Source: Elusimicrobiota bacterium
GTDB lineage: Bacteria > Elusimicrobiota > Elusimicrobia > UBA1565
Assembly: GCA_043827405.1 (NCBI GenBank)
Contig: JBDRPD010000034.1
Coordinates: 1 to 64,000, forward strand
Direction: 5' to 3'
DNA length: 64,000 nucleotides
Shown here: one piece after another, positions 19,110 to 28,953 of the stretch
Layout: each line of letters starts with the position of its first letter
Numbering within the stretch: the first letter of the stretch is position 1
Position numbers and translations under genes: made by a program
The notes under the pieces: model-generated
Told to the model about the DNA's origin: nothing
The model's database searches: none
The model's input: only the letters and a program-made list of their open reading frames with translations

Positions 19110-20151
19110 GGGCCGTCTCCTTGCCGAGCATCTTTTGGGCTTTTTTCACAAAGCCGTATATGTCGGGGAGCTTCGACATGATCGCCTGCAGCTTCATGGC
19201 TTCCCGGTGCGGGCGCGCCGGCGAACCGAACAATATTTCCCCGGGCTTGACGTCTCCCATGACGCCCGTCTGGGCAGTTATAATGGCGCCGTCCCCGATC
19301 TTTAGGTGGCCGACGATGCCCGCCTGGCCGGCGAATGTCACCTGGTCGCCGACCAGCGTCGAACCCGCGATCCCCACTTGGGAAATTATCAGGTTGTTGC
19401 GGCCGATCGTCACGTTGTGGGCGATCTGCACCAGGTTGTCGATTTTGGTGCCGGCGCCGATGCGGGTTGCGCCGGTCGCCGCCCGGTCGATGGTTACGTT
19501 GGAGCCGATCTCGACGTCGTTTTCAATAACGACGCGGCCGACCTGATGGACCTTGCGATGCGTGCCGGTTTTGCGGTCGGTGTCGTAGCCGTAGCCCTCG
19601 CCGCCGATGATGGTGCCGGGATGGATGATAACGTTATCGCCGAGCTCGCAGAAGTCGCCGATAACGACCTGCGGATGCAGCACGCAGTTCTTGCCGATGC
19701 GGGCGTTGTAGCCGATGAAGCACTGCGGCGAGATGCGCGTGTTGTCGCCGATCAGCGTTCTTCCTCTAACCACGGAAAATGCGCCGACGCTGACGTTTTT
19801 GCCGAGGCGCGCTTCAAAATGGATATCGGCTTTGGCGCTAAGCACAACGGCCTCTTTGGGCCATTTTTCCTCGTAGATTTTCTTCAGGACCTGGGCGTAG
19901 GCCCACTTGGGCGAATCAGTATAGAGGCGGTTCCTTGGTCCGCCGGCCATATCATTTTTTGCCGCAAGGGGCAGGAGGATGGCTCCCGCGCGGCTGGCAA
20001 TGGCCTGCGCGGTGTACTTCGGATTTTCCAGGAAGGAGATGTCCTCCGCTTCGGCCTCCGTCACGCCGGCGGCGTTTTTGATTTCATATTGCGGGTCGCC
20101 GTCGAGTTCGGCCCCCGTGATTTCAGCGATTTCTCCCAGCGTTATTTTCAT
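19096..20151 (-). CDS. lpxD: UDP-3-O-(3-hydroxyacyl)glucosamine N-acyltransferase
   Basis: Hexapeptide repeats, [40 protein letters not shown]. Confidence 0.96.
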   Translation of the reverse strand: MKITLGEIAEITGAELDGDPQYEIKNAAGVTEAEAEDISFLENPKYTAQAIASRAGAILLPLAAKNDMAGGPRNRLYTDSPKWAYAQVLKKIYEEKWPKEAVVLSAKADIHFEARLGKNVSVGAFSVVRGRTLIGDNTRISPQCFIGYNARIGKNCVLHPQVVIGDFCELGDNVIIHPGTIIGGEGYGYDTDRKTGTHRKVHQVGRVVIENDVEIGSNVTIDRAATGATRIGAGTKIDNLVQIAHNVTIGRNNLIISQVGIAGSTLVGDQVTFAGQAGIVGHLKIGDGAIITAQTGVMGDVKPGEILFGSPARPHREAMKLQAIMSKLPDIYGFVKKAQKMLGKETAHAKG

Positions 20152-21101
20152 AGCGAGAACCCCTTGAGTTTCTGCAGCACTTTCGCGGTTAGATCCACGG
20201 TCGTCTGTCCGTAGAGAATCTGGTTCTTATCCACAACGATGCTGACGCCGTTCTCCTGCGCGACTTCGCGCACCGCGGTGTAGATCTTGCCCAGTAGGAT
20301 TTCCGTACGACGGCCTTCTATTTCAATTAGATTTTTCTCCACCGACGACTGGTATTCGGCGAAAGCGGCTTCTTTCTGTTCCAGCTCCGACCGCGCGGCG
20401 TTGATTTTTCCGTCAAGGTCGTCGAGCAGGCGCGCCCGTATATGGGTGGGCGTTTCCTCGGCCGCGACGACCTTCTCCTCGTCTCCCATCGGGTCATCGA
20501 CGCCCGGGATGTTTACCGGGCGATTTCCGCTTTTATCCGATATGCCCGGAAGGCCCCGCAGTTCTTCCGGTTCGAGGCGGGGGGCGGCGTCGGCCAGCGC
20601 GGCGGCGGTCGAGGCGGCGATGGCCGCCGTTGGCGTGCCCGTGGAGGGGACGCTCTCCGTCGCTAAAGTGCCGGTCGAAACGACGGGGGCCTCGACGGTC
20701 GTGGTGGTGGATGCCGTCGGGGCGCGCGCCGGCGCTTCCACGGGAGGGAGCGCCTCATCCTCGGCGGGAGCGGCCGGCTTCACCGGCGCGGGCAGCGACG
20801 CTTTTTCCAGCAGGTCGCGCTCCATCTTCATCCGCGACAGCTCCGCCCGCAGGGTAATCATCTCGCCCCGGCGAAGGTTTACCTGTTCTTCCGCTTGGCG
20901 AACGATCGCTTTGTAGGTTTGCTTCGCTTTGTGCGTCTCCGGGTAGAGGCGGAAAATCTTCTGGATGTCGACGAAGCCGATATTGCCGCGCTCCGCCTTG
21001 TTCTCCTCAAGGCTGATCTCGAGCGCGCGCGCCGACATCCCGGCGGCGCCCAGGAGCAGGGCGCAGGCGGCGAGCGCCCGCAGTTTGGTGAAGGTTCTCA
21101 T
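20148..21101 (-). CDS. skp: OmpH/Skp periplasmic chaperone with a long low-complexity insertion
   Basis: Signal peptide, [10 protein letters not shown] at the N-terminus and VA.ENG.SIVVDK..ILYG...DLT..VL at the C-terminus. Located between bamA and lpxD. Confidence 0.85.
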   Translation of the reverse strand: MRTFTKLRALAACALLLGAAGMSARALEISLEENKAERGNIGFVDIQKIFRLYPETHKAKQTYKAIVRQAEEQVNLRRGEMITLRAELSRMKMERDLLEKASLPAPVKPAAPAEDEALPPVEAPARAPTASTTTTVEAPVVSTGTLATESVPSTGTPTAAIAASTAAALADAAPRLEPEELRGLPGISDKSGNRPVNIPGVDDPMGDEEKVVAAEETPTHIRARLLDDLDGKINAARSELEQKEAAFAEYQSSVEKNLIEIEGRRTEILLGKIYTAVREVAQENGVSIVVDKNQILYGQTTVDLTAKVLQKLKGFSL

Positions 21102-21102
21102 A

Positions 21103-23964
21103 TTAGAACAGGCTCCCGATTCCGAAGTTGATTTGCGATTTTTCTTCGCCGGGGCGATGCTGGAAGCCGTAGCCCCAGTCCAGGCGGATCGGGAACGCGG
21201 GGGTGACGAAGCGAATCCCGAAGCCGATGTCCGTCTTGAGGTCCCGCTCCCCCTTGCCGATGGTGAAGCGGGCGGAGCGCATATTCTCCCACGAGCCGCC
21301 CAGATCGAAGAACGTGACGAACTTTACGATTGTCTTGCGCCGTTCCCGGGCCAGCGGGAAGCCCAGCTCGATGTTGAATACGTCGTAGATCTTGCCGCCG
21401 TTGCGGGCGCCGACCTCGCCGGTCGAGGAATAGCCGCGCAGCGTGTCTTGGCCGCCGATGAAGAACCGCTCGAACACCGGAACCTCCCGAGTCTCATTGA
21501 ACGGCGTGATGTAGGAGGCGCGGTTGGAGGCGGTAAAGACCAGCGGATAGTCCCCGACTTCAAACAGGGTCTTATGGTAAGCGCTGGAGACGTACGGCTT
21601 GAAGAAGTGGATATCGCCCTGGAATATGCCGCCGGCGATGGAGCTGCCAATCGAATGCCGCGTCCCGCGGGCGGGATCCCAGATATTGTCGCGCGTGTCG
21701 CGGGCGAATTCGACGCCGACGGAGGACTGCACGCTGGTCCCTTCCGAGAGGGCGTTTTGGAACTGGCTCTGCACGCCCGTTAGGGAGATTTTCTGGAAGG
21801 TGTAGCTCATGTTTAGGCGGTACTTGTCGTCCTGGAAGCGCGGGCCGACGCGTACGGAGCCGCCCGTCCGCTTGCTGGTGAACGCGGAGTTGGAGCCCTC
21901 GAACGGGGAGATGCGCCGCGTACTGAAGGCGTCAAAGCCCAGGCTGACCGGTTTGTCGAGGATCCAGGGGAGGGTGTAGCCGAGCGTGAAGTCATTGACG
22001 CGCCGGCCGAACGACCATGACGCGTTGGCGCGGTGGGCGCGCCCCCACATGTTGAGGTGCTGGAGCGACAGCGTGCCGATTAGGCCGTCCAGGGACGAGA
22101 AGCCGGCGCCCGCGGTAAGCATGCCGGGCTTGCCCTCGACGACGCCGAAGGTCAGGTCGACAAGGTCCGGGTCAAAGGGGCTCTGGACGTCTAGTGAAAC
22201 ATCGTCGATGAAGCCGAGGTTGCGGATGCGCTCCTGGCTCTTGCGGATCTTTGAGACGGAGAACGGCATGCCCGGCCGGATGACCAGTTCGCGCTTGAAT
22301 ACGAAGGTTTTGGTGGCGCGGTTGCCCTCCACGTCGGTGTGGTCGACATAGGCGGTATTGCCTTCCACGATTTCGAAATGGACGTCCATGAGGCCGGTTT
22401 CCGCATTAAAGGTTCGGGTCGGATCGATTTCGGTTCGCAGGCGGCCCTTCTCGGCATACAGCTCGCGCAGGCTTTGGATGGTGAAGTCGAATTTTTCCTG
22501 ATTGAAGATTTTCTTGCGTTTGTAGTCGACCGCCTTGGCGAGCTCGGTGGAGGCATAGATGCTGTGGCCGTTGAAGGTTGTATCGCCGAAACTATAGAGC
22601 TTGCCTTCCGTCAGGGAGATGTCGATATGGATCTCGGTCTGGGCCTCGTTGAAAGTGATGGAGCTCGAGTCCAGCGTGTAGTCCAGGTGGCCCCGGTTCT
22701 TGTAGAACGTCTGTATTTTTTCCAGGTCTGTTTTGAACTTCTCCTGCGAGAAGATGTCGGCGCTGAACCACTTCGGCCGGTTCTCCATCTGCTTAACGAC
22801 CTTCTTTTCCTTGAACGACTCGACGCCGTGGATCCGGACTTTTTTGATCTTGGCCTTGGGGCCTTCTTCAATGAGGTAGGTGATATCCGTCTTCCAGGTT
22901 TCGGTCGACAGCTCGTCGCGGGTGTCGACCCGGGCGCGGTGGAAGCCCTTCTTCCGGTACAGCTCGAGTATCTTTTCGGCGTCGTCGCGCAGCTTCGCGC
23001 GGTCAAAGGGGTCCTTCTCGCGCAGGGTCAGCTCGTCTCGAATGCGGCCCTTGGAAAGCTTGTCGCGTCCCTCGAAGCTGATTTTTTGGATAAGCGGACG
23101 CTCCGTTACGATGAAGGTCAGGCGGATTTGGTGGCGGGAAGGGGAGGCTGACGCGAAGTGGGCCGGAACCTCCCGGTTGGGGAGCGCCGTAATGTCGGTG
23201 ACCACGCGGTCGAACTTGCCGAGCTGCATGATGTTTTCGTAGTCGTTGTCCAGGTCGCCGCGGTCGTAGAGGTCTCCTTCGCGCGCGTTGATCTGCCGGC
23301 GTACAACCTTGACCTTGGCGTGCCGCAGGCCTTGCAGGACGACCTCTCCCAGCACCCATGGAGGCTCGGGGATCTCTGGTTCGGCGGCGCCCAAAGTCTC
23401 CAGCGCCTGCTTCTCCGCGTCATCGGCGGCGGCGGGCGTCGGCAGGGATCCCGTAACCGGGGGGGGCGCGCCGGGAACCGGCGAGGCGCTTTGCTGCGGC
23501 TGGCGGGTCCTTTCGTCGAGGCGAATATCGATACGCAGAGTTGTGCTGGAGAGTTCTATCCTGCGGATGGCGGCGGAGGTGAATAGTCCGGAGCCGAGCA
23601 GCGCCGACAGGTCCTCCGACTCTTGAGTTCGGGTGTAGGGCGCCCACTGCTTCGCCTGTATTAGATCGCGGACCTGCCTCTCGAGCACGGTTTTGAGTCC
23701 GATGATTTGGATTTGCGCGACGACGGGGGCGACCCCGACGTTAACCGGTTTGGGCCTTGCGGCCGCCGCGGATTCGCCCGCGGGCGCCGGTTGGGCCGGG
23801 ATGGTCCGGGTTCCGTCCGGAAATTTACCGTCTGCCAGATCCTGCAGTGCTTGCAAGGCAGAATCGGCTTCGCCTGCGCCGCCGGCCTCTGCGGCCGAGG
23901 CGGCGGGAGCAATGGTAAGTGCCGAAAAAATAAGAGAAACAGCTAGAAGCAGGGGCAGGTTCAC
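21103..23964 (-). CDS. bamA: Outer membrane protein assembly factor BamA with N-terminal extension
   Basis: Repeated POTRA units, GN..TK..V.KRE, RFFIGG..TLRGY, G.GIR..TP..PIRLDWG, C-terminal F. Confidence 0.95.
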   Translation of the reverse strand: MNLPLLLAVSLIFSALTIAPAASAAEAGGAGEADSALQALQDLADGKFPDGTRTIPAQPAPAGESAAAARPKPVNVGVAPVVAQIQIIGLKTVLERQVRDLIQAKQWAPYTRTQESEDLSALLGSGLFTSAAIRRIELSSTTLRIDIRLDERTRQPQQSASPVPGAPPPVTGSLPTPAAADDAEKQALETLGAAEPEIPEPPWVLGEVVLQGLRHAKVKVVRRQINAREGDLYDRGDLDNDYENIMQLGKFDRVVTDITALPNREVPAHFASASPSRHQIRLTFIVTERPLIQKISFEGRDKLSKGRIRDELTLREKDPFDRAKLRDDAEKILELYRKKGFHRARVDTRDELSTETWKTDITYLIEEGPKAKIKKVRIHGVESFKEKKVVKQMENRPKWFSADIFSQEKFKTDLEKIQTFYKNRGHLDYTLDSSSITFNEAQTEIHIDISLTEGKLYSFGDTTFNGHSIYASTELAKAVDYKRKKIFNQEKFDFTIQSLRELYAEKGRLRTEIDPTRTFNAETGLMDVHFEIVEGNTAYVDHTDVEGNRATKTFVFKRELVIRPGMPFSVSKIRKSQERIRNLGFIDDVSLDVQSPFDPDLVDLTFGVVEGKPGMLTAGAGFSSLDGLIGTLSLQHLNMWGRAHRANASWSFGRRVNDFTLGYTLPWILDKPVSLGFDAFSTRRISPFEGSNSAFTSKRTGGSVRVGPRFQDDKYRLNMSYTFQKISLTGVQSQFQNALSEGTSVQSSVGVEFARDTRDNIWDPARGTRHSIGSSIAGGIFQGDIHFFKPYVSSAYHKTLFEVGDYPLVFTASNRASYITPFNETREVPVFERFFIGGQDTLRGYSSTGEVGARNGGKIYDVFNIELGFPLARERRKTIVKFVTFFDLGGSWENMRSARFTIGKGERDLKTDIGFGIRFVTPAFPIRLDWGYGFQHRPGEEKSQINFGIGSLF

Positions 23965-23982
23965 TGGAGTTTGACCAAGAGA

Positions 23983-24011
23983 AGTATATCAAATCAACGT
24001 CGGGCGGGCAA
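23983..24011 (-). promoter_or_regulatory. Putative sigma70 promoter of the bamA-lpx operon
   Basis: Reverse strand TTGCCC(24011-24006)-N17-TATACT(23988-23983) with a TGn extended -10, 18 nt before GTG23964. Confidence 0.6.
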
Positions 24012-24074
24012 TAAATACCGGGCGAGCTGCCGTACGCGCGCGGGCGACTGTACACATATACCCTAAATAGGAAC

Positions 24075-24587
24075 TTAGCTTGCGGGCTGCAGCATGAATG
24101 ACGGTATCTGCAGAGAGCCGGCGACCTTGCCCAGCAGGCTGCCGGAAAGGTCGATGACTTGGATTCCTTTTATGGGTGCGGTGGGCTGTATGCCGTGGGC
24201 TTCGATCGGCCGGAAGCCGAGCCGGGAGAAATACTCCGGATGGCCGATGACGAAAATAAGCTCGATGCCGAGGCCGCGGCAGCGGTCCAGCCCGTGCCGG
24301 ATCAGCCGCTCGCCGACCCCTTGCCGCTGGCGTTCGGGAACTACGCCGATCGTCGTCAGCAGCGCGCTCGCCTGGCCGCCGACGTGGGTGCGGCAGTATA
24401 AGGCGTAGCCGACGATTTGGTTGTCGTCGGCGGCGACGATCGAAAGCGCGGGATGGAAATGCTCGGAGGAGTCCCGGGCGGCATGTACGAGCTTCGCCTC
24501 GTCGTCGCGGCCGTACGCCGCCTGCAGAATGGCGGTGGCGATGGGAATTTCTTGCGCGGTTTCTGCGCGGATGATTATGCTGCTCAT
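24075..24587 (-). CDS. GNAT family N-acetyltransferase (YhbS-like)
   Basis: IR.E...I......A.....EA.LV...R, LSIVA....IVG, V.PE.QRQGVG.RLI, VIG.PEYF.R.GF. Confidence 0.9.
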   Translation of the reverse strand: MSSIIIRAETAQEIPIATAILQAAYGRDDEAKLVHAARDSSEHFHPALSIVAADDNQIVGYALYCRTHVGGQASALLTTIGVVPERQRQGVGERLIRHGLDRCRGLGIELIFVIGHPEYFSRLGFRPIEAHGIQPTAPIKGIQVIDLSGSLLGKVAGSLQIPSFMLQPAS

Positions 24588-26005
24588 GTGCGGGCCCTGC
24601 GGCGTCGGGTCGGAGTGTTTCCCGACAGCTTGCGTGGTCGGGGGCTCGGGGCCGCTACCGGTGTGCCCTTTTCCGCATCATAATAGTCGAGTCCGGAATG
24701 ATCGATGACCTCCTCGCCCATCAGCAGGCGCAGGGTATTCTGCAGCTTGAGGTGCTGTACAAAGAGGTTGTGTTCCGGCTGCAAGTCTTCCCGGCACTGC
24801 GGCGATTTAAAGAAAAAGGACAGCCACTCCTGGATGCCCTTAAGCTCCGCGCGCTTCGCGAGGTCAAGGAAAAGCGCCAGGTCCAGGACGATCGGAGCGG
24901 CGAGTATCGAGTCGCGGCACAGGAAGTTGATCTTGATCTGCATCGGCATGTCCAGCCAGCCGAAGATGTCGATATTGTCCCAGCCTTCCTTGGCATCTCC
25001 GCGCGGGGGATAGTAGTCGATGCGGACTTTGTGCGAGTAGTTGCCGTACAGGTCGGGGTACAGGCGGGGTTCAAGCATGGAGTCGAGCACCGACATCTTG
25101 CTCTTTTCCTTGGTCTTGAACGAGCCGGGATCGTCGAGGACTTCGCCGTCGCGGTTGCCGAGGATGTTCGTGGAGTACCAGCCGTTGAGCCCCAGCATGC
25201 GCGCCTGGATGCCGGGCGTGACCACGGTTTTCATCCAGGTTTGACCCGTTTTGAAGTCCTTGCCGCCGATCGGGCTGCCGGTTTGTTCCGCCAGCTCGAC
25301 CAGCGCCGGGATGTCGGCGCTCAGGTTGGGCGCGCCGTTGGCGTAGGGAATGCCGAGCTTGATCGCGGCATAGGCGTAGATCATCGACGGGGGGATTTCC
25401 GGGGCGCTTTCCTTGAGGCCGCGCTCAAAAGCCGCCAGGCTGCGGTGCGCCTTGGTGCGCGGCGGCAGGATTTCGGTGGAGCCGCACCAGATCATGACGA
25501 CGCGCTCGAGTCCGTTAACACGTTTAAACTCTTCGATATCGTCGATCACCTGCTGGGCGTACTGCCATTTCGTCTTCGCCTTCTTGATGTACGTCCCCTT
25601 GAGATTCTTGATGAAGCGCTGATCGAAAACTCCGCACATCGGCTTGATGGCGGCGAGCTGGGGCTGGACCGCTTTGAGTCGTTCGGGCGGCAGTACGCCG
25701 GCCTTAAGCGCCGCCTCGTGTACGTTCTCGGGGAAAATATCCCAGCCGCCAAAGACGAGGTTTTCCGTTTTTTCCAGCGGCACGAAGTTGCGAATCAGCG
25801 GGCGGCGCCCCTCGTAGCGTTTGCCGAGGCGGATCGTTTGATTCTGTGATATGGAGCCGATGAGCCGGCCCATATTTTTCCGGTGCAGTGCGATGCCGGC
25901 GATGAAGGTGCTGGTGACGGCCCCCATGCCGGGGAGCAGCACGCCCAGCTTGCCCCGGCAGGCAGGAATCTTTTGGCTCTGGTTTCTGTTTTTATGACTA
26001 GACAT
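24584..26005 (-). CDS. ino1: myo-inositol-3-phosphate (1-phosphate) synthase
   Basis: LGVLLPGMGAV.STF, FGGWDI, WCGSTE, NGAPN, GKDFKTGQT, STNILGNRDG, YYPPRGD.KEGWD, RDSILAAP.VLDL, FFKSP. Confidence 0.95.
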   Translation of the reverse strand: MSSHKNRNQSQKIPACRGKLGVLLPGMGAVTSTFIAGIALHRKNMGRLIGSISQNQTIRLGKRYEGRRPLIRNFVPLEKTENLVFGGWDIFPENVHEAALKAGVLPPERLKAVQPQLAAIKPMCGVFDQRFIKNLKGTYIKKAKTKWQYAQQVIDDIEEFKRVNGLERVVMIWCGSTEILPPRTKAHRSLAAFERGLKESAPEIPPSMIYAYAAIKLGIPYANGAPNLSADIPALVELAEQTGSPIGGKDFKTGQTWMKTVVTPGIQARMLGLNGWYSTNILGNRDGEVLDDPGSFKTKEKSKMSVLDSMLEPRLYPDLYGNYSHKVRIDYYPPRGDAKEGWDNIDIFGWLDMPMQIKINFLCRDSILAAPIVLDLALFLDLAKRAELKGIQEWLSFFFKSPQCREDLQPEHNLFVQHLKLQNTLRLLMGEEVIDHSGLDYYDAEKGTPVAAPSPRPRKLSGNTPTRRRRART

Positions 26006-26036
26006 GGCGCCGTCTCCCTATGGTGAACGATTGAGC

Positions 26037-27950
26037 CTACATTTTATTCTTTTTCGACGAAAAGCGCAGTAAAATCAGGACGGCGAGAAAGAGCGGGCTG
26101 CCCAGGCCCGCGGCCCACAAGAACGGGATCGTTTTATTGCCCAGCGCGAGAACGACGAAAAGATAAATAAAGTCTCTCTGGGTCAGGAGGTGCTCGATCC
26201 TGGCGAGCCAGCGCGTTAGGCCGCGTCCCTGCGGGTCGGCGCCGCCGCCGGCGATGTCGTCGATACCCTGGAACAGCGGGCTGTCATCGTTGCGCCTTTC
26301 CGCCCGCTCGACGGAGTGCCGGTAGACGATCAGCGCGGAGGCGAGACTGCATATCGCGGCGATCGCGCCCAGAAGGAGGCACAGCGCGCCGCCGCCGGCA
26401 CGAAATTGTCCGATGCCGAGACAGCCAAAGAGCAGGAAGTGGACGATGTTGTCGCCCCAGAAGTCGATCTCGCCGCCGCGACGGCTCTCCTGAAAGCGCA
26501 GGCGCGCGAGTTCGCCGTCGCAGCCGTCGAGCAGGGTGTGCAGCCAGATAATGAGGGCGCCGGCCAGAGTAAATGCGTAGCCGCCGCCCGCGAGGATGAG
26601 CGCGCCGGCGGCGCCGACGGCGGCGCTGAAAATTGTCATGTCGTTGGGGGTGATGCGGGTGTTCAGCAGGCGCTGCGTGACGGCGAGCGAGACCCGGCGG
26701 TCAAAATTCCTGGCCATGAAGCTGTCCTGGGCTTTGCGGGCTTCCTTCAGCAGCCAGCGGACCGCGAGGCGCTTGTCGGTGACCTTGGACAGGCGGAAGA
26801 ATGAGCCCCTTGGCATGGCCTCGCTCTCGAAGCCCACATGATGCAGCGAGGGTTTCAGCGCGATTTGGACGACGCCGTAATGGTTGCCGTCCTGGTATGA
26901 GGTCGGGAGCTTGTGGAATGTGGTGAATAGTTCGCGCAGCGCTTCCAGGCGGATAAAGTGGTCGCCGGAGACGCTGGCATAGGGAGGTTCGCACTGCTCG
27001 TCCTCGTCGCTCTTGTCGGCGGAATATTCATCTTCCGCCCACTGGGCCCAACGCACGGCCAAATCCTTCGGCCAGCGGAGAGCCTTGACGGCCTTTTCCT
27101 TCAGGGGGTGCGTGGAGAGCCAGACCTCCCGGATGCCGGCGCGCGCCAGCGTGAACAGCTGGCGCTCGATGACTCGCATGCCGCCGATGTCCTCAAAGAG
27201 GAGGAAGCGATGATCGACCGACAGTACGGCGCGCGTGATCCGCTCGGTTTGCGGCGGCGGCTCGGCGGGCAGCTTCTCCTTGCTGAGATGCCGCTTCTGC
27301 TGCGGTAAATTCCTGGCGAAGTCGGCGATTGGATCCGGGGGGCGCACGCCGTCAAGGTTCTCCGACGGCGGCGGGCTCTCGGCGGGGGTAAGCGTCAGTG
27401 GCGCGTCGGCGGCGGGTGCGGCGGGCGCCGGAGCGGGCGCCGCGGCATCCTGGTAGATTTCAATTGGAGATTCGACGCCTTCAACGCGGTGCGTTCCGGC
27501 GTCTGAGAACGCATGGGCGACGCTCCCCTTGATGTGGTCGTGGACTTCGCGGGAGAGGCAGATGCCGCCCGGCCGCGCGGCGGTGCACAGGCTCTGCGCC
27601 ACGTGCACGCTGCTGCCGTAGACGTTTTGTCCTTCGACCACGACATCGCCCAGGTGGATGCCGACGCGGGCGTGCAGCAGATCACCAGGAGGCTTGCCGG
27701 AATTGTAGTCGGAAAGCAGGCGGTGGATGTCGACCGCGCATTGGGCGGCGTCGACGGCGCTGTCGAAGCTGTAGAGGCAGGTATCACCGAAGTCTTTGAG
27801 CAGGCGTCCCTTGTGTTTTTTCCCGGCGACGCCCAGGATCGTGCGGTGGCGACGGACGAGATCCAGCGCGAACTCCTCTCGCCCGCGCAGCAGGGTTTGG
27901 AAGTTTTGGATGTCGGAGCAGAGGACGGCGGCGAGGCGTCTAGTGGGCAT
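26037..27950 (-). CDS. Fusion: class III nucleotide-cyclase-like domain + degenerate nucleotidyltransferase-like domain + CDP-alcohol phosphotransferase
   Basis: Starts at ATG27950 (MPTRRLAAVLCSDI...KDFGD...RVGIHLGDV...ARPGGICLS). Pro-rich linker, then a GGMRVIERQLFTLARAGIREV middle domain, then ITPN..T and DGCDGELARL...S..G..ID...D (CDP-AP signature). Confidence 0.85.
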   Translation of the reverse strand: MPTRRLAAVLCSDIQNFQTLLRGREEFALDLVRRHRTILGVAGKKHKGRLLKDFGDTCLYSFDSAVDAAQCAVDIHRLLSDYNSGKPPGDLLHARVGIHLGDVVVEGQNVYGSSVHVAQSLCTAARPGGICLSREVHDHIKGSVAHAFSDAGTHRVEGVESPIEIYQDAAAPAPAPAAPAADAPLTLTPAESPPPSENLDGVRPPDPIADFARNLPQQKRHLSKEKLPAEPPPQTERITRAVLSVDHRFLLFEDIGGMRVIERQLFTLARAGIREVWLSTHPLKEKAVKALRWPKDLAVRWAQWAEDEYSADKSDEDEQCEPPYASVSGDHFIRLEALRELFTTFHKLPTSYQDGNHYGVVQIALKPSLHHVGFESEAMPRGSFFRLSKVTDKRLAVRWLLKEARKAQDSFMARNFDRRVSLAVTQRLLNTRITPNDMTIFSAAVGAAGALILAGGGYAFTLAGALIIWLHTLLDGCDGELARLRFQESRRGGEIDFWGDNIVHFLLFGCLGIGQFRAGGGALCLLLGAIAAICSLASALIVYRHSVERAERRNDDSPLFQGIDDIAGGGADPQGRGLTRWLARIEHLLTQRDFIYLFVVLALGNKTIPFLWAAGLGSPLFLAVLILLRFSSKKNKM

Positions 27951-28953
27951 GCTGGCGGTAGATGTTTTCGATGATGGAGACGCAATGCTCCGCCTCGCGG
28001 ATGTTGCGGCCGCGCCGCCGGGAATCGGCGACGGCGGCGCAAAAATCCTCCAGCATGGAGTGAAACCACTCCGGATGGGCGGAGCCGTGCGAGAGCGCTT
28101 CCGGGAAGACGAAAACATGCGGCGGGCGTCCGCCGCGCACCACGCGCAGGCGGTCGTCGAGAATCTCGATCGATCCCTCGCGCCCGCGCAGGACGCCCCA
28201 GTGGCCGCGGCGCGCGGCGTTCCAGGTGAGATGTACGATCGCGCTGGCGCGGGGAAACTCGATAAGGCAGGTGGCCTCGCTGTCGGTGCCCCCGCCGTTG
28301 GCGCCGCTGAATTTGAGCACGCCGGAGCTGCGGCGCGGAATCGCGTCGAGCAGCCAGGCGACGAGATAGAAGGCGTGCCAGCCATGGTCGATCAGGATGC
28401 CGCCGCCCGAGAGCTTCTTGTCGGTTCGCCAATTGCCCTTGGCGGCCGGGCCCGCGACCACGGAGGGCTGGCTGCGCAGCACATGCCACTCCAGGTGCTG
28501 GACGGCGCCGATGGCGCCGTCGTCAAGCAGCGAGCGAAGCTTCTGAAACAGCGGCGCGTACTTCCAGTTATGGATGGTAAACAAGGCGCGGCCGCGCTTC
28601 TTGGCGGTGTTTTTGAGCGTCGCAAAGTCCTTGCGGCTCAGCACCAGGGGCTTTTCGCACAGCACGTGCCTATCCGCCCTTAGGGCCGCGAGACACAGTT
28701 CGGCATGCAGGTGCGGGGGGGTGGCGATGTCGACGAAGTCGAGCTCCCGCTCTTCGCGCAGCAGCCGGTCGCAGTCCGGATAGGTGCGTATCCCGGGGAA
28801 ATGCTTCTCCGCCGCGGCCCGCCGCTCGGCGCTGCCGTCGGCGGCGGCCGTGATGGAGACGCCGCGCAGCTTCTTCCAGGCCGGGGCATGCGCATTTTCC
28901 GCGACCGCGCCGAAGCCGATGATGGCGCCCTTAAGCGCCGCCGCTTCAGCCAT
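27940..28953 (-). CDS. Gfo/Idh/MocA family oxidoreductase (inositol dehydrogenase-like)
   Basis: AIIGFGAVA..AH.P, DFVDIATPP.LH, VLCEKP, GGGILIDHGWH. Confidence 0.9.
   Translation of the reverse strand: MAEAAALKGAIIGFGAVAENAHAPAWKKLRGVSITAAADGSAERRAAAEKHFPGIRTYPDCDRLLREERELDFVDIATPPHLHAELCLAALRADRHVLCEKPLVLSRKDFATLKNTAKKRGRALFTIHNWKYAPLFQKLRSLLDDGAIGAVQHLEWHVLRSQPSVVAGPAAKGNWRTDKKLSGGGILIDHGWHAFYLVAWLLDAIPRRSSGVLKFSGANGGGTDSEATCLIEFPRASAIVHLTWNAARRGHWGVLRGREGSIEILDDRLRVVRGGRPPHVFVFPEALSHGSAHPEWFHSMLEDFCAAVADSRRRGRNIREAEHCVSIIENIYRQHAH

Noticed and set aside
24001..24047. CGGGCG(A) direct repeats upstream of bamA
   Set aside because: Short GC-only words with irregular spacing, expected by chance at this GC content.
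27951..28385. N-terminal 145 aa of the 782-aa ORF, and similar extensions of ORFs 28946..30541, 30295..31260, 38873..41221, 53879..55144 and 56505..57572
   Set aside because: They overlap neighbouring genuine genes in another frame or strand. Downstream starts give clean domain boundaries and coupled junctions.
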